A stretch of 64,000 nt of DNA from Acidimicrobiales bacterium (GTDB taxonomy: Bacteria; Actinomycetota; Acidimicrobiia; Acidimicrobiales; Aldehydirespiratoraceae): the NCBI GenBank assembly GCA_965116195.1, contig OZ220491.1, forward strand, positions 3,005,432 to 3,069,431, given 5' to 3'. Positions 46,414 to 55,860 of the stretch are shown in pieces. A program made the translations under genes and the position numbers. The notes under the pieces are model-generated. The model made no database searches, was not told where the DNA came from, and saw nothing but the letters and a program-made list of their open reading frames with translations. Every line of letters starts with the position of its first letter. Position 1 is the stretch's first letter.

Positions 46414-48153
46414 GTGACATCGCAGTCATCGGATAGCGCTGCCACGGTGTGGGAGTTGCTCGGCGCAGGTGAGCCAGCAGATCCGGCCATTGTCACCGCT
46501 GAAGGCTCGGTTCTGACCTACGCCGTACTGCGATCCGAGGTCAGGCGACTGGCGAGTCAACTGCAAGCTGCTGGGCTTGGCGCGCATGACCGCATTGCCA
46601 TTATGTTGCCGAACGGGCCGGAGATGGCCATTGCGTTCTTGGCTGCCATTGTCACAGGTTGTGCCGCACCACTGAATCCGAAATATCGCCCATCGGAGTT
46701 GAGTTTCTATCTTGATGACCTGGCGGCTAAGGCGCTGATCACTCGTTGCGACAATTCCGGCGAGGCCGTTCGACAAGCGGCATCTGAGACAAGGACGATG
46801 GCAATAACCCTGTCCGGCGATGCCTCAGCTGGTGCTTGTTCAATGCAATTCGAGATGGACCAAGGCCCGGCTGCCAGTGCAAGACATGTCGCGCCTGGCA
46901 CATTCAAAGCGTCAGAACATGGCGCGCCTGTGGCCACCGAGGCATCAGAATACACCGCACCTGGCGCGACTGAGGCATCAAAGCACGCCGCGCCTGTTGC
47001 ACCCGTTGCGTCTAAACACGCTGCGCTTTCCGCAGGCTTTGCGTCAACGGCACACAAACCAGCTGGCGATGATGTGGCGTTGGTGTTACATACTTCCGGC
47101 ACCACTTCCCGGCCCAAGATCGTGCCGCTGCGTCAACGCAACCTGGCTTGCTCAGCCGCGGCTATTGCTGAGTCTTTGGCATTGACACCACGAGACAGGT
47201 CACTCAACGTGATGCCGCTTTTCCACATTCACGGACTGCTTGCCGGACTGCTGGCCCCGCTCTCGGTTGGTGCGTCGGTGGCATGCACGCAGGGTTTTGA
47301 TGCCTTCAGGTTCTTTGCTCAACTGGAGGCATTGCGGGCCACCTACTACACGGCCGTACCCACAATGCATCAGATGGTGATCGCCCGTTCCTCTCGTCAT
47401 CGTGAGTTGGCTCGGCGCGTTGGTTTGCGTTTTGTGCGGTCGTCATCGGCGTCGCTGCCTGCGCCGGTGTTGCATGAGTTGGCTGATCTGTTTGCAGCAC
47501 CTGTGATTGAGGCTTACGGAATGACCGAGGCCACTCATCAGATGTGCTCGAACCCGCTGCCGCCTGCAGTGGCCAAAGTCCGCTCAGTGGGTGTGCCCAG
47601 CGGCATCGAGCTGGCCATTTTGGACAGTGACGGCACGCCGCTCACCACGCCGGGCGAACGCGGCGAAGTGTCTGTCAAGGGCCCCACAGTGATTGACGGC
47701 TACGAGAACAACCCGACTGCTGATGAAGCCGCATTCACTTCCGGTTGGTTCCGTACCGGGGATGAGGGGTATCTCGACGAGGACGGGTACCTGTATTTGA
47801 CAGGGCGACTGAAGGAGCAGATCAACCGGGGTGGCGAGAAGATCTCCCCGATGGAGGTGGATGAGGCGCTACTGCGGCATCCTTCAGTGGCGGAGGCCGT
47901 GAGCTTCGCGGTGCCTCATCTGAAGCTGGGTGAGGATGTGGCTGCTGCTGTGGTGGCCGCGCCGGGGGCCACACCCGATGAGCGACAGTTGCGCAGCTTC
48001 TTGGCGGAGTCCCTGGCTGCGTTCAAGGTACCCCGCCGAGTGTTGGTTCTCGATGAGTTGCCGAAAGGCCCGACCGGCAAGCTGCAACGACTGGAAATGT
48101 CCAGACTGCTTGGCCTCGTTGTCACTGATGAGCCCCCGGGCCAGGACACCTAG
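46414..48153 (+). CDS. AMP-dependent acyl-CoA synthetase (oxalate-CoA-ligase-like) with a repeat insert
   Basis: 579 aa. HTSGTTSRPK AMP motif and GWFRTGD. An insert of EASExxAPxA-type repeats lies at nt ~46834-47029. Confidence 0.8.
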   Translation: MTSQSSDSAATVWELLGAGEPADPAIVTAEGSVLTYAVLRSEVRRLASQLQAAGLGAHDRIAIMLPNGPEMAIAFLAAIVTGCAAPLNPKYRPSELSFYLDDLAAKALITRCDNSGEAVRQAASETRTMAITLSGDASAGACSMQFEMDQGPAASARHVAPGTFKASEHGAPVATEASEYTAPGATEASKHAAPVAPVASKHAALSAGFASTAHKPAGDDVALVLHTSGTTSRPKIVPLRQRNLACSAAAIAESLALTPRDRSLNVMPLFHIHGLLAGLLAPLSVGASVACTQGFDAFRFFAQLEALRATYYTAVPTMHQMVIARSSRHRELARRVGLRFVRSSSASLPAPVLHELADLFAAPVIEAYGMTEATHQMCSNPLPPAVAKVRSVGVPSGIELAILDSDGTPLTTPGERGEVSVKGPTVIDGYENNPTADEAAFTSGWFRTGDEGYLDEDGYLYLTGRLKEQINRGGEKISPMEVDEALLRHPSVAEAVSFAVPHLKLGEDVAAAVVAAPGATPDERQLRSFLAESLAAFKVPRRVLVLDELPKGPTGKLQRLEMSRLLGLVVTDEPPGQDT

Positions 48154-48247
48154 CGCACACACCCGAGTTCAGATGTACATGGTTGCATTCAGCACAATGC
48201 ACTGCGCCATGTGGCCGCGAGAGTCTTTGACCAGACGCAGTGTCCTG

Positions 48248-48649
48248 CTAGCTGACTTGGTCAATGACCCTGAAAGCGTAGTCGCGTTGCTCCTCAGCGA
48301 GGGTGGCTCTGACGCGATAACCGCCAGCCCTGGGAAAGTGAACAATGCCACTGACCACCAAAGGCGAACGGCTGTCAGAACCACGCACCTTGCCAGGCGG
48401 GCGGCCCACCTCTATGTCGGCGGTGGCCTCCATCAACTTGTCGTGACCGTCCTCGTCCTCGACGCTGATAACCACGCGGTGAGGCTGATTGGTCTCCATC
48501 CACGGCACCAGCACCGACACCGCAATGGAGAAATGCTGAGGCTGAGGTTGCTCACCCTCCTGATAAGACCGGGTAACGGTGTCCCAGCCAGCGCCGCTCA
48601 CGTACAGAAGCCCGTTCTGCACCTCGGCGTGGTTCGCCAATGTCAACAT
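48248..48649 (-). CDS. Hypothetical protein (133 aa)
   Basis: Start chosen at ATG 48649 (MLTLANHAEVQNGLLYVSGAGWD...). The upstream part of the ORF looks non-coding. Confidence 0.5.
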   Translation of the reverse strand: MLTLANHAEVQNGLLYVSGAGWDTVTRSYQEGEQPQPQHFSIAVSVLVPWMETNQPHRVVISVEDEDGHDKLMEATADIEVGRPPGKVRGSDSRSPLVVSGIVHFPRAGGYRVRATLAEEQRDYAFRVIDQVS

Positions 48650-49049
48650 TTCGATCTCAGCCACTAACGGCGAGTCTAGGGCGAGTCGCAGCACCAACGG
48701 CGCGGGACGACTGGTGACGGGAAAGCGGTACCAACAGCGAGTGACGAGAGGCGGCATCAAGTGTCCTGCGCATATCAGTGCCAACAAGATGCGTTGCTCC
48801 AAGTTTGTCTGCTTGCATAACGAATTCGGCGCATGCATGTCACAGAGGACCAGAAACCGGGCCCTTGTGCCTGCGAGTGCGGGGATTGCCTGGCTCGGTC
48901 CACCACTCGTGATGGTGGGACCGGGCCCACACCCGCCCCTACCTTGCAAGCCACACGGCGCGCTGCATTGTGCTGAGGGTGCTTGCAACACATCGCCGCT
49001 GACGGTGACTGAGGTGGGGTATTGGGAGCAGCATCTCGGTTTCTTGTTG

Positions 49050-50222
49050 TCACACAGCGCGGTGCATTGAGGCCGCTACGAGTGCGGGCAGGCCCAGCGC
49101 TACGATCATCAATGCTGACAGTGGCACACCCAAGCCCAGCAGAGCGCTGACGACCGCAGCCAACAGCGCCGCTGATCCGAGCAGTCCCGCACGAAAGGTG
49201 CCGATCCCCCAGCCTGACTGAGGGGGCAGCGCGGCCACCAGCATGGCGTTGGACACGGGCATCACCGATACCGCCATCCCCACAAACGGAATCAGCATCC
49301 ATACCCCCAGCCGCGCCGGAGCCAGCAGCAACGGCAGGCCCAGAGCAGCGGTTGTCAACAGCATCAGCCGAGCAGTCCAGGGCCCGCCGCGGCGGTCATA
49401 AAACGCACCTCCCACAAGTTTGATTGCCCCCGACAAAGCCCGTCCGCCAGACAGCAGCACAACCACCAGCTCCAAGCCGACTCCCCGGTCCACGAAGTAC
49501 ACCGGCGAAAAGCCGATGACGATGTAGTGCATCGACACGCCACCAAAGCTGGCATATATGGCCAGTCGGTAGGCGTGCTTGCGAGCGTTCTGCATCAACT
49601 GCGAGAGCAGGGGTGGTGGCGAGGGGTTCTTTGTCGCCTCGACCCACCTGGGTACATAGGCGATACCGATAACCGCCGGTACCGCACAGCCCGCGAACAC
49701 CCACCGCCAAGCTCCTCCGGAGAAGCCGCTCAGAGCGGCTGCGGCCAGTCCGAATGAGTACGCCTGTCCCCAAACGGCGATGGCCTTGCCCCGCGCCTGT
49801 GGGTACAACCGTGCCACGCCGGCCAACGCCGGAGGAAAGAACAGCCCGAACGCAACCCCCAGCATGGTTTGGCCTGCCAGCAGCATCCAGAATGTGGGTG
49901 CAACCGCCGACAGGCCCATACCAATCGCCAGACACACCGCTGTGGCCCTGACCAGGGTCCGGTCACTGAACCAGCGGCTTGACGCTCCGCCGATCAGGTT
50001 GAAAGAGGCTATCCCTCCGGCTACCGCCGCCAAAATTGCGGCCTGATGACTTTCGTCAAGAGTGAGGTCGCTGCGCACCAGCGGGAACAGCGGCGAGATC
50101 ATCGTCTCGGCTCCGCCCAGAATGAAGTAGAAGGCGAAGAGGTACCCGAACGTGACCGGGCGGGCGGTCATGCGCACCGACCCGTTTCGGTGTTGGTCGT
50201 CGCGGGAAGCCATCGTGGTCAT
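49050..50222 (-). CDS. MFS transporter
   Basis: 390 aa with about 12 hydrophobic helices. Confidence 0.8.
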   Translation of the reverse strand: MTTMASRDDQHRNGSVRMTARPVTFGYLFAFYFILGGAETMISPLFPLVRSDLTLDESHQAAILAAVAGGIASFNLIGGASSRWFSDRTLVRATAVCLAIGMGLSAVAPTFWMLLAGQTMLGVAFGLFFPPALAGVARLYPQARGKAIAVWGQAYSFGLAAAALSGFSGGAWRWVFAGCAVPAVIGIAYVPRWVEATKNPSPPPLLSQLMQNARKHAYRLAIYASFGGVSMHYIVIGFSPVYFVDRGVGLELVVVLLSGGRALSGAIKLVGGAFYDRRGGPWTARLMLLTTAALGLPLLLAPARLGVWMLIPFVGMAVSVMPVSNAMLVAALPPQSGWGIGTFRAGLLGSAALLAAVVSALLGLGVPLSALMIVALGLPALVAASMHRAV

Positions 50223-50343
50223 GAGGCTTCTGATACGGGTGCTTTGGACGCTTTGGTGTTGGTCGCGGCGGGAAGCACTGATTGTCCCCCCGACCGCATG
50301 GAACAGCTTCGGCCGCTTTGGTGTTGACAGAGGCGGGAAGGTC

Positions 50344-51444
50344 TCAATTCACCCAGCAGGCCACCAGATGACCGGGTGAGCGCTCCTGCAGCGGCGGACG
50401 CTCCTCAAAGCACTGCGCTACTGCTACCGGGCAGCGTGTGTTGAAGCGACAACCCTTTGGCGGGTTCATGGGGCTGGGCAGGTCACCGGTCAGAGGTTCG
50501 TGGCGGTTGCGAGTTGTCGGGTCGGGCACCGGCACCGCCGACAGCAGAGCCTGTGAGTAGGGATGGGTCGGGTTGTCGTAGATGTGGTGATGGCTGCCGA
50601 TTTCCATCAGATGGCCGAGGTACATGATGGCCACCCGATCCGAGATGTGACGCACCACGGCCAGGTTGTGAGAGATGAACAGGTACGACAGTCCCACGGT
50701 GTTTTTGAGTTCGACCATCAGGTTGACGATCTGGGCCTGGATCGACACGTCAAGCGCGGCGGTGGCCTCGTCGGCAACCACAAACCCCGGTCTCAGCGCC
50801 AAGGCTCGTGCGATGACGATGCGTTGACGTTGCCCACCCGAAAAGGCGTGCGGGTACTTGTCGGCTGCACTGGCGGCAATGCTCACCATCTCAAGCAACT
50901 CAGCCACTGCATCGGTTAGCTCCGAGCCCCGCATCCGGGTATGCACCAGCAACGGTTCGGCGACGCTCTGGCCGATCTTCAGTTTTGGGTTGAGCGCTGA
51001 GTAGGGGTCCTGAAAGATCATCTGGACCTGCTTGCGCATAGCTCTCCAATGTTGCCGACTCACCTCGGTCACGTCGTCGCCTTTGAAGAACACCTGGCCA
51101 CTTGTGGGCTTCACTGCGCCAAGCAGAACTCGACCTGCCGTGGATTTGCCGCAACCGGACTCGCCGACAAGTCCGACCGTCTCGCCTGGCGCAACGGTGA
51201 TGTTGAAATCGTCAAGGGCATAAACCGTGCGGCGTCGGCTGCGCACCCACCGAGTGAAATGCACGCTTACATCGCGACCCTCCACCAGTGGCGTGGTCTG
51301 ATCGTTTACGATGTGTTCTCGGTTCGGTGGCGTGGCTTGGTTCGGTGGCGTGGCTTGGTTGTTCACGGTGTTCCTCGGCTTGGTGGGTGTAGCTGAGGGG
51401 TGACCCATGCCCTTGCGTCGGCACGGGCCGGGTTGGTCCTTCAT
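50344..51444 (-). CDS. Oligopeptide/dipeptide ABC transporter ATP-binding protein (DppF/OppF-like), with a repeat-built N-terminal extension (start uncertain: 51444 or 51408)
   Basis: LVGESGCGKST, FSGGQRQR and VADEATAALD, plus a C-terminal oligo_HPY-type tail. The N-terminus contains NQATPPNQATPPN. Confidence 0.85.
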   Translation of the reverse strand: MKDQPGPCRRKGMGHPSATPTKPRNTVNNQATPPNQATPPNREHIVNDQTTPLVEGRDVSVHFTRWVRSRRRTVYALDDFNITVAPGETVGLVGESGCGKSTAGRVLLGAVKPTSGQVFFKGDDVTEVSRQHWRAMRKQVQMIFQDPYSALNPKLKIGQSVAEPLLVHTRMRGSELTDAVAELLEMVSIAASAADKYPHAFSGGQRQRIVIARALALRPGFVVADEATAALDVSIQAQIVNLMVELKNTVGLSYLFISHNLAVVRHISDRVAIMYLGHLMEIGSHHHIYDNPTHPYSQALLSAVPVPDPTTRNRHEPLTGDLPSPMNPPKGCRFNTRCPVAVAQCFEERPPLQERSPGHLVACWVN

Positions 51445-51546
51445 GGTGTTTCTGTGGCCGGTGGAGCAGCTTGCGTGGTTTGCTCGTTCACGGTGTGTTC
51501 TCGGTTCGGTGGCGTGGCTTGCGTGGTGTGATCGTTCACGGTGTTC

Positions 51547-52659
51547 CTAGGCTTGTGGGCTGGCCCCGGCTTCTTTGCCCAGGGTGAGCGCTCTGGAGGG
51601 TGTTTCCTCGGCTTGTGGGTTGGTCTCGTGGGTTTGTGGGTTGGCCTCGTTGGCCTGTGAGCCGGGACGGTTGTGGCAGGCGACCCAACGACGATGAGCG
51701 ATCTTGAGCAGTGGTGGTGCCTCTTGGCGACACACCTCGCGGGCCTCCTCACAGCGGGGTTCAAATGCACAGCCGGGTGGAAAACGGGCATGATCCAGAG
51801 GCTCTCCCGTGATTCCGTACAGTTCTCCGTCGCTACGGTCAACCCGGGGCACCGACCTGAGCAGGCCTATTGAGTAGGGATGCTGAGGGTCAGCAAACAT
51901 CTCCGCTATCGGGGCCCGATCCACGATCCGCCCGGCATACATCACCTGTACGCGGTCACAGAACTGGGCGACCACACCCAGGTCGTGGGTGATCATCAGT
52001 ACCGACACACCGAGTCGGGTGGACAGGTCGTGCAGCAGGGTGAGGATCTGGTCTTGGATGGTCACGTCCAAACCGGTCGTCGGTTCGTCAGCTATCAGCA
52101 GCGTCGGCTCGCAGGCCAGAGCCGTGGCGATCATCACCCGTTGGCGCATGCCTCCTGACAACTCAAAGGCATACGATTTGAGGCGCTCGCGAGCGTTGGC
52201 GATGCCCACCATGTCAAGCAGTTCCAGTGAACGTTTTTTGACAGCAGCGCCACCCAGGCCGAGGCGGTGTCGCAGCAACTCGCGCAGCTGCGAGCCCACG
52301 GTCTTGAGCGGATTGAGCGACACCATCGGATCCTGAAAGATCATGGCGATCTCACGCCCGCGCACACGGGCAGCCACAGCAGGATCAAGCACATCTTCAC
52401 CTCGCCAGCGCACTGATCCCTCCATGAAGCGCCCCGGCGGTAGCACCATGCCCAGGATGGCCAAGCCCATCACGCTCTTGCCCGAACCTGACTCTCCCAC
52501 GACGCCAAGTCGTTCGTGTGAGCCGACATTGAGGTTCAGATGATCAACGCCCAGCACAATGCCGTTACGGGTGGGGAACCCGACGGTCAGATCCGTTACT
52601 TCCAGGAGGCGTTCTGGTTGCCCGCCCGTGTTGGTCAACTTGCCATCAGTCGTGTTCAT
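51547..52659 (-). CDS. Oligopeptide/dipeptide ABC transporter ATP-binding protein (DppD/OppD-like), with a repeat-built C-terminal extension
   Basis: VVGESGSGKS, LSGGMRQR and IADEPTTGLD. ATG 52659 overlaps the permease stop (ATGA). Confidence 0.85.
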   Translation of the reverse strand: MNTTDGKLTNTGGQPERLLEVTDLTVGFPTRNGIVLGVDHLNLNVGSHERLGVVGESGSGKSVMGLAILGMVLPPGRFMEGSVRWRGEDVLDPAVAARVRGREIAMIFQDPMVSLNPLKTVGSQLRELLRHRLGLGGAAVKKRSLELLDMVGIANARERLKSYAFELSGGMRQRVMIATALACEPTLLIADEPTTGLDVTIQDQILTLLHDLSTRLGVSVLMITHDLGVVAQFCDRVQVMYAGRIVDRAPIAEMFADPQHPYSIGLLRSVPRVDRSDGELYGITGEPLDHARFPPGCAFEPRCEEAREVCRQEAPPLLKIAHRRWVACHNRPGSQANEANPQTHETNPQAEETPSRALTLGKEAGASPQA

Positions 52660-53615
52660 GCGCCCGGCCTCTGAAGGATGATCTGCTCGCGTTCGGCAAC
52701 ATCGTTGAACGACTGCAACCATAGCGACAACAGATTCACACCCAGAACAACGACGGCAATTGCCAGACCGGCGAATGTGACGATCCACCAGCCGTCGGTG
52801 ATGTAGTTCTGACCTTGCTGGATCATCAAACCCCATGACGAACGAGGTGGTTGCACGCCAAAGCCGAGGAAGGCAAATGCGGATTCTGCGAGTATGGCAG
52901 CTGCCAACTCCAGCACGAACAGCGTGATCAGCGAACTGAAAAGGTTGGGCAAAAGGTGTCGTCCCATGATTCGCCGCGACGAAGCACCGCTCAACTCCGA
53001 TGCTTCCACGTACAGCGATGTTTTGAGCGTGAGCACAAGGCTGCGACCCACCCGTGTGAACACCATCCAACTCGACATGGCGATCACGATGATCACCAGC
53101 CACACGCTCGGTCCGAATGCCGCGACCAGGATCAAACCGGCCAACACCCCTGGGAAAGCCATCTGCACATCGGCAGCTGAAACGATCAAAGTGTCAATCC
53201 TGCCGCCGATGTAGCCCGAAATCAGGCCCAGAAGTGTTCCCACCAGCGCGGCTATTGCAACGGCTGCCAAGCCGACTATCAGAGAGATGCGCGCCCCGTC
53301 AACGAGTCGGGCCAAGATGTCGCGCCCGAGCTGGTCGGTGCCCAGCGGATGTGACCACGTTCCTCCCCAGCCCACGGGAGGCGAAAGCCTGTCGGGGAGG
53401 CTCTGCTGTGTGGGATCTTTGATGAAGGGCAGCCATGGGCCCACTATGGCAATAAGCATGAAGAAACCTGTGATCATGAGCCCGGCAATGCCGGCCTTTG
53501 ACTTGCGCAGATGGGACTTGAGGTCGGCCAGAACACTGACACCTTCAGGTGAAGTCGCGTCACCGGCATCCGGCCCTGTGCTGCCAGTTCTTCCGGCATC
53601 CAGTTCCAAGGTCAT
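52656..53615 (-). CDS. ABC transporter permease (DppC/OppC-like)
   Basis: BPD_transp_1-type polytopic protein. ATG 53615 follows GGTGGAG. Confidence 0.85.
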   Translation of the reverse strand: MTLELDAGRTGSTGPDAGDATSPEGVSVLADLKSHLRKSKAGIAGLMITGFFMLIAIVGPWLPFIKDPTQQSLPDRLSPPVGWGGTWSHPLGTDQLGRDILARLVDGARISLIVGLAAVAIAALVGTLLGLISGYIGGRIDTLIVSAADVQMAFPGVLAGLILVAAFGPSVWLVIIVIAMSSWMVFTRVGRSLVLTLKTSLYVEASELSGASSRRIMGRHLLPNLFSSLITLFVLELAAAILAESAFAFLGFGVQPPRSSWGLMIQQGQNYITDGWWIVTFAGLAIAVVVLGVNLLSLWLQSFNDVAEREQIILQRPGA

Positions 53616-53673
53616 GTCAACTCCACCCGCGCGTTGATACTTGACCGGTTGTGGCAACTGGCCCGGGGGAAAG

Positions 53674-54594
53674 TCATGTCAACTCCACCCTCGGGTCAAT
53701 CAGGCGGCGGGCTATGTCCACAACCAGGTTGGTTACCACCACCAGCGTGGCCAGTACCAACACAGCGGCCTGCACCAGTATCAAGTCTCGGTTTTCGATG
53801 GCGTGGATAGCCAGGCGGCCCACACCGGGCCAGGCGAATACCACTTCGATCACCACGGTATAGCCGGTGAACATCCGGGTCAGTTCCCAGCCTGTCATGG
53901 TCACGAAACTGGAGGCGATGTTGCGAAAGGTGTGGTGGACGATCGTGTACGAACGCGAAAAACCTCGCGACAGAGCGGTTATCGCGTAGGGCTTTCGCAG
54001 TTCCTCCACAATGCCGCGGCGGGTCATCTGTGCCAGTCGCCCGGCGCTGGCCAAGCCGATGGCGAACGAGGGCAGGATCAACGACGTGAAGCCCCGTGAT
54101 CCAAAGGTCGGTACCCAGCCAAGTTGCACGGCGAAGACGATTATCAGCAGGTAGCCGATCCAGAATGGCGGAGCGCTGATCGAACCCATGGAGAAGCCGA
54201 GCACGGCGTGGTCAGCAAAGCGACGCTCCCACCATGCCGCCAGCATTCCCAGCGGCGCAGCGAGCAGTACTGTCACCGTTGTGGCTCCGGCCACCAGTTT
54301 GAGTGTGGCCGGCAGGCGTTCCAGCACCAACTCGGATGCCGACCGCCCTTGCCAGAAGGACTCGCCCATGTCGCCGGTTGCGAGGCCGGACATGTAGTCC
54401 CAGTACTGAACCGCCAGAGGTCGGTCAAGACCGAGTTGGGTTCGACGATTTGCACGGTGCTCGGGCGTGGCCTCCAGCGGCAGTGACACAGTTGCCGGGT
54501 CGGTGAAGACATGGGTCACCACGAACACCACAGACGTTACGACGAACACCACCAGAGCCGCAGCGAGGATGCGCCTGGCAAGCCAACGAAGCAA
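53674..54594 (-). CDS. ABC transporter permease (DppB/OppB-like)
   Basis: 306 aa. MLRWLARRILAAALVVFVV... is a typical DppB N-terminus. Confidence 0.85.
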   Translation of the reverse strand: MLRWLARRILAAALVVFVVTSVVFVVTHVFTDPATVSLPLEATPEHRANRRTQLGLDRPLAVQYWDYMSGLATGDMGESFWQGRSASELVLERLPATLKLVAGATTVTVLLAAPLGMLAAWWERRFADHAVLGFSMGSISAPPFWIGYLLIIVFAVQLGWVPTFGSRGFTSLILPSFAIGLASAGRLAQMTRRGIVEELRKPYAITALSRGFSRSYTIVHHTFRNIASSFVTMTGWELTRMFTGYTVVIEVVFAWPGVGRLAIHAIENRDLILVQAAVLVLATLVVVTNLVVDIARRLIDPRVELT

Positions 54595-54640
54595 CGTGCA
54601 ACCTCCTGTGGTGTGTCCCTTGAGCGCCCTGCCTGCTCAA

Positions 54641-54652
54641 ACGGTATACCGT
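54641..54652. promoter_or_regulatory. Perfect 12-bp palindrome ACGGTATACCGT upstream of the dppBCDF-like operon
   Basis: Lies 47 nt upstream of the start at 54594. It shares the GTATAC core with 41228 and 43127. Confidence 0.3.
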
Positions 54653-54759
54653 AATCGCAGTTTGGTGAAGGCCAGCATCAAGTCTGCGCAGGTCGGTTCG
54701 TCACGCTGCGGCTCGGATTATGTCCACCATGTGAAGGAGCGACTGCTTGAACAGTGGCC

Positions 54760-54978
54760 GCATGCCCGGGAGCAGGTGGCTACTGCGAAAGCGAGGCAGT
54801 CGACAGACCGAGGTTTCCGCGCATGCCCGGGAGCAGGTGGCTACTGCGTCCAAACTGTCTCTGCCCTCATCCGCAATATAGCCCTCACTCGCAATATAGA
54901 TGTGGTAGTCGCATGCCCGGGAGCAGGTGGCTACTGCGTCTCGCAGGCAATGGTGCTGAGAGCGGTGGGCTACTGCGA
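54760..54978. repeat. Three identical 28-nt repeats (gcatgcccgggagcaggtggctactgcg) at 54760, 54821 and 54911, plus a partial copy at ~54960
   Basis: Read directly. The period is 61 then 90 bp. The second spacer itself contains cgcaatata twice. Confidence 0.9.
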
Positions 54979-55069
54979 CTCGTCGTCGGCGCTTGGGAGC
55001 GGTGGTTGTTGTGACTTGTCGGCGGTGGCACCGAGGGGGTGGTCGTTTTGGCGTGGTGTTTTTGGGTGG

Positions 55070-55504
55070 TCAGGTGGCGGCGGTGAAAGCCGCGGCTGCG
55101 GCCTGCGAGCACACCACGTCCTCGGCGTGCTTGGCACCCGAGATCCCCAGCGCTCCCACGATCGTGCCGTCGGCTGTCTTCAGCGGTTCGCCGCCTTCCA
55201 CGGCGAGGATGTGGTGGCGGGCTGTCATCGGCGGACCCAGCGAGGTGTCTTGGTGAAAATAGTCTGACAGTGCTCCGGTGTCGCGCCGGAACGTGAGAGC
55301 GGCCACAGCCTTGGCAATGGAGTTCTCAAGAGCTATTTCCACCACATTGTCCATGCGGTGTACCAGCACGAGATTGCCGGTGGCATTGACCACCGCCACG
55401 CACACGCCCAAGCCTTCCTCCTCGGCTTTGGTCAAGGCAGCGTCGGCGGCGAGCTTGGCACCTGCCAGGGTGAGAGTCTCGACATTGATGGTGTTCTGGT
55501 TCAC
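55070..55504 (-). CDS. GlcG/HbpS-like (DUF336) heme-binding protein
   Basis: 144 aa. ...GVCVAVVNATGNLV...GGEPL...GALGISGA... pattern. Confidence 0.8.
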   Translation of the reverse strand: MNQNTINVETLTLAGAKLAADAALTKAEEEGLGVCVAVVNATGNLVLVHRMDNVVEIALENSIAKAVAALTFRRDTGALSDYFHQDTSLGPPMTARHHILAVEGGEPLKTADGTIVGALGISGAKHAEDVVCSQAAAAAFTAAT

Positions 55505-55860
55505 GGATACTCCTGTCTGGGGGTCGGTTGCAACCTGTATTGGGTTGGGTTTGCAGGGTTTGAGTTTGGGAATGTGTGAGTGTGTTGGACGGGTTTGCGG
55601 GGCGTTGGGTTGGCTTGCGTTGGGGTTGACTTTGACGGTAGTCAGTTTGTGGGCGGGAATGTGTCAGGGTTGTCTTGACGGGTGCTGGGAGGCGCAGATT
55701 CAGTGCTTGATCTGGATGATAGCCTCAACCTCCACGGAGGCTCCCAAGGGAGTCCGCGCGGTTGGGACCCGTCAAAGTTGAGGATATTCAGGGCACCGAC
55801 CTCTATGAGGATGCTGCCGGCTCGGGGGCGCGCAAGCCGGTTCCGTTAGCGTTCGTTGTC

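Noticed and set aside
54760-54978. CRISPR array call for the three identical 28/29-nt repeats
   Set aside because: There are only three full copies. The spacing is unequal (61 then 90 bp). One 'spacer' is internally repetitive. There are no cas genes in 64 kb, and the window holds many unrelated arrays of similar geometry. Kept as a repeat and a low-priority finding only.
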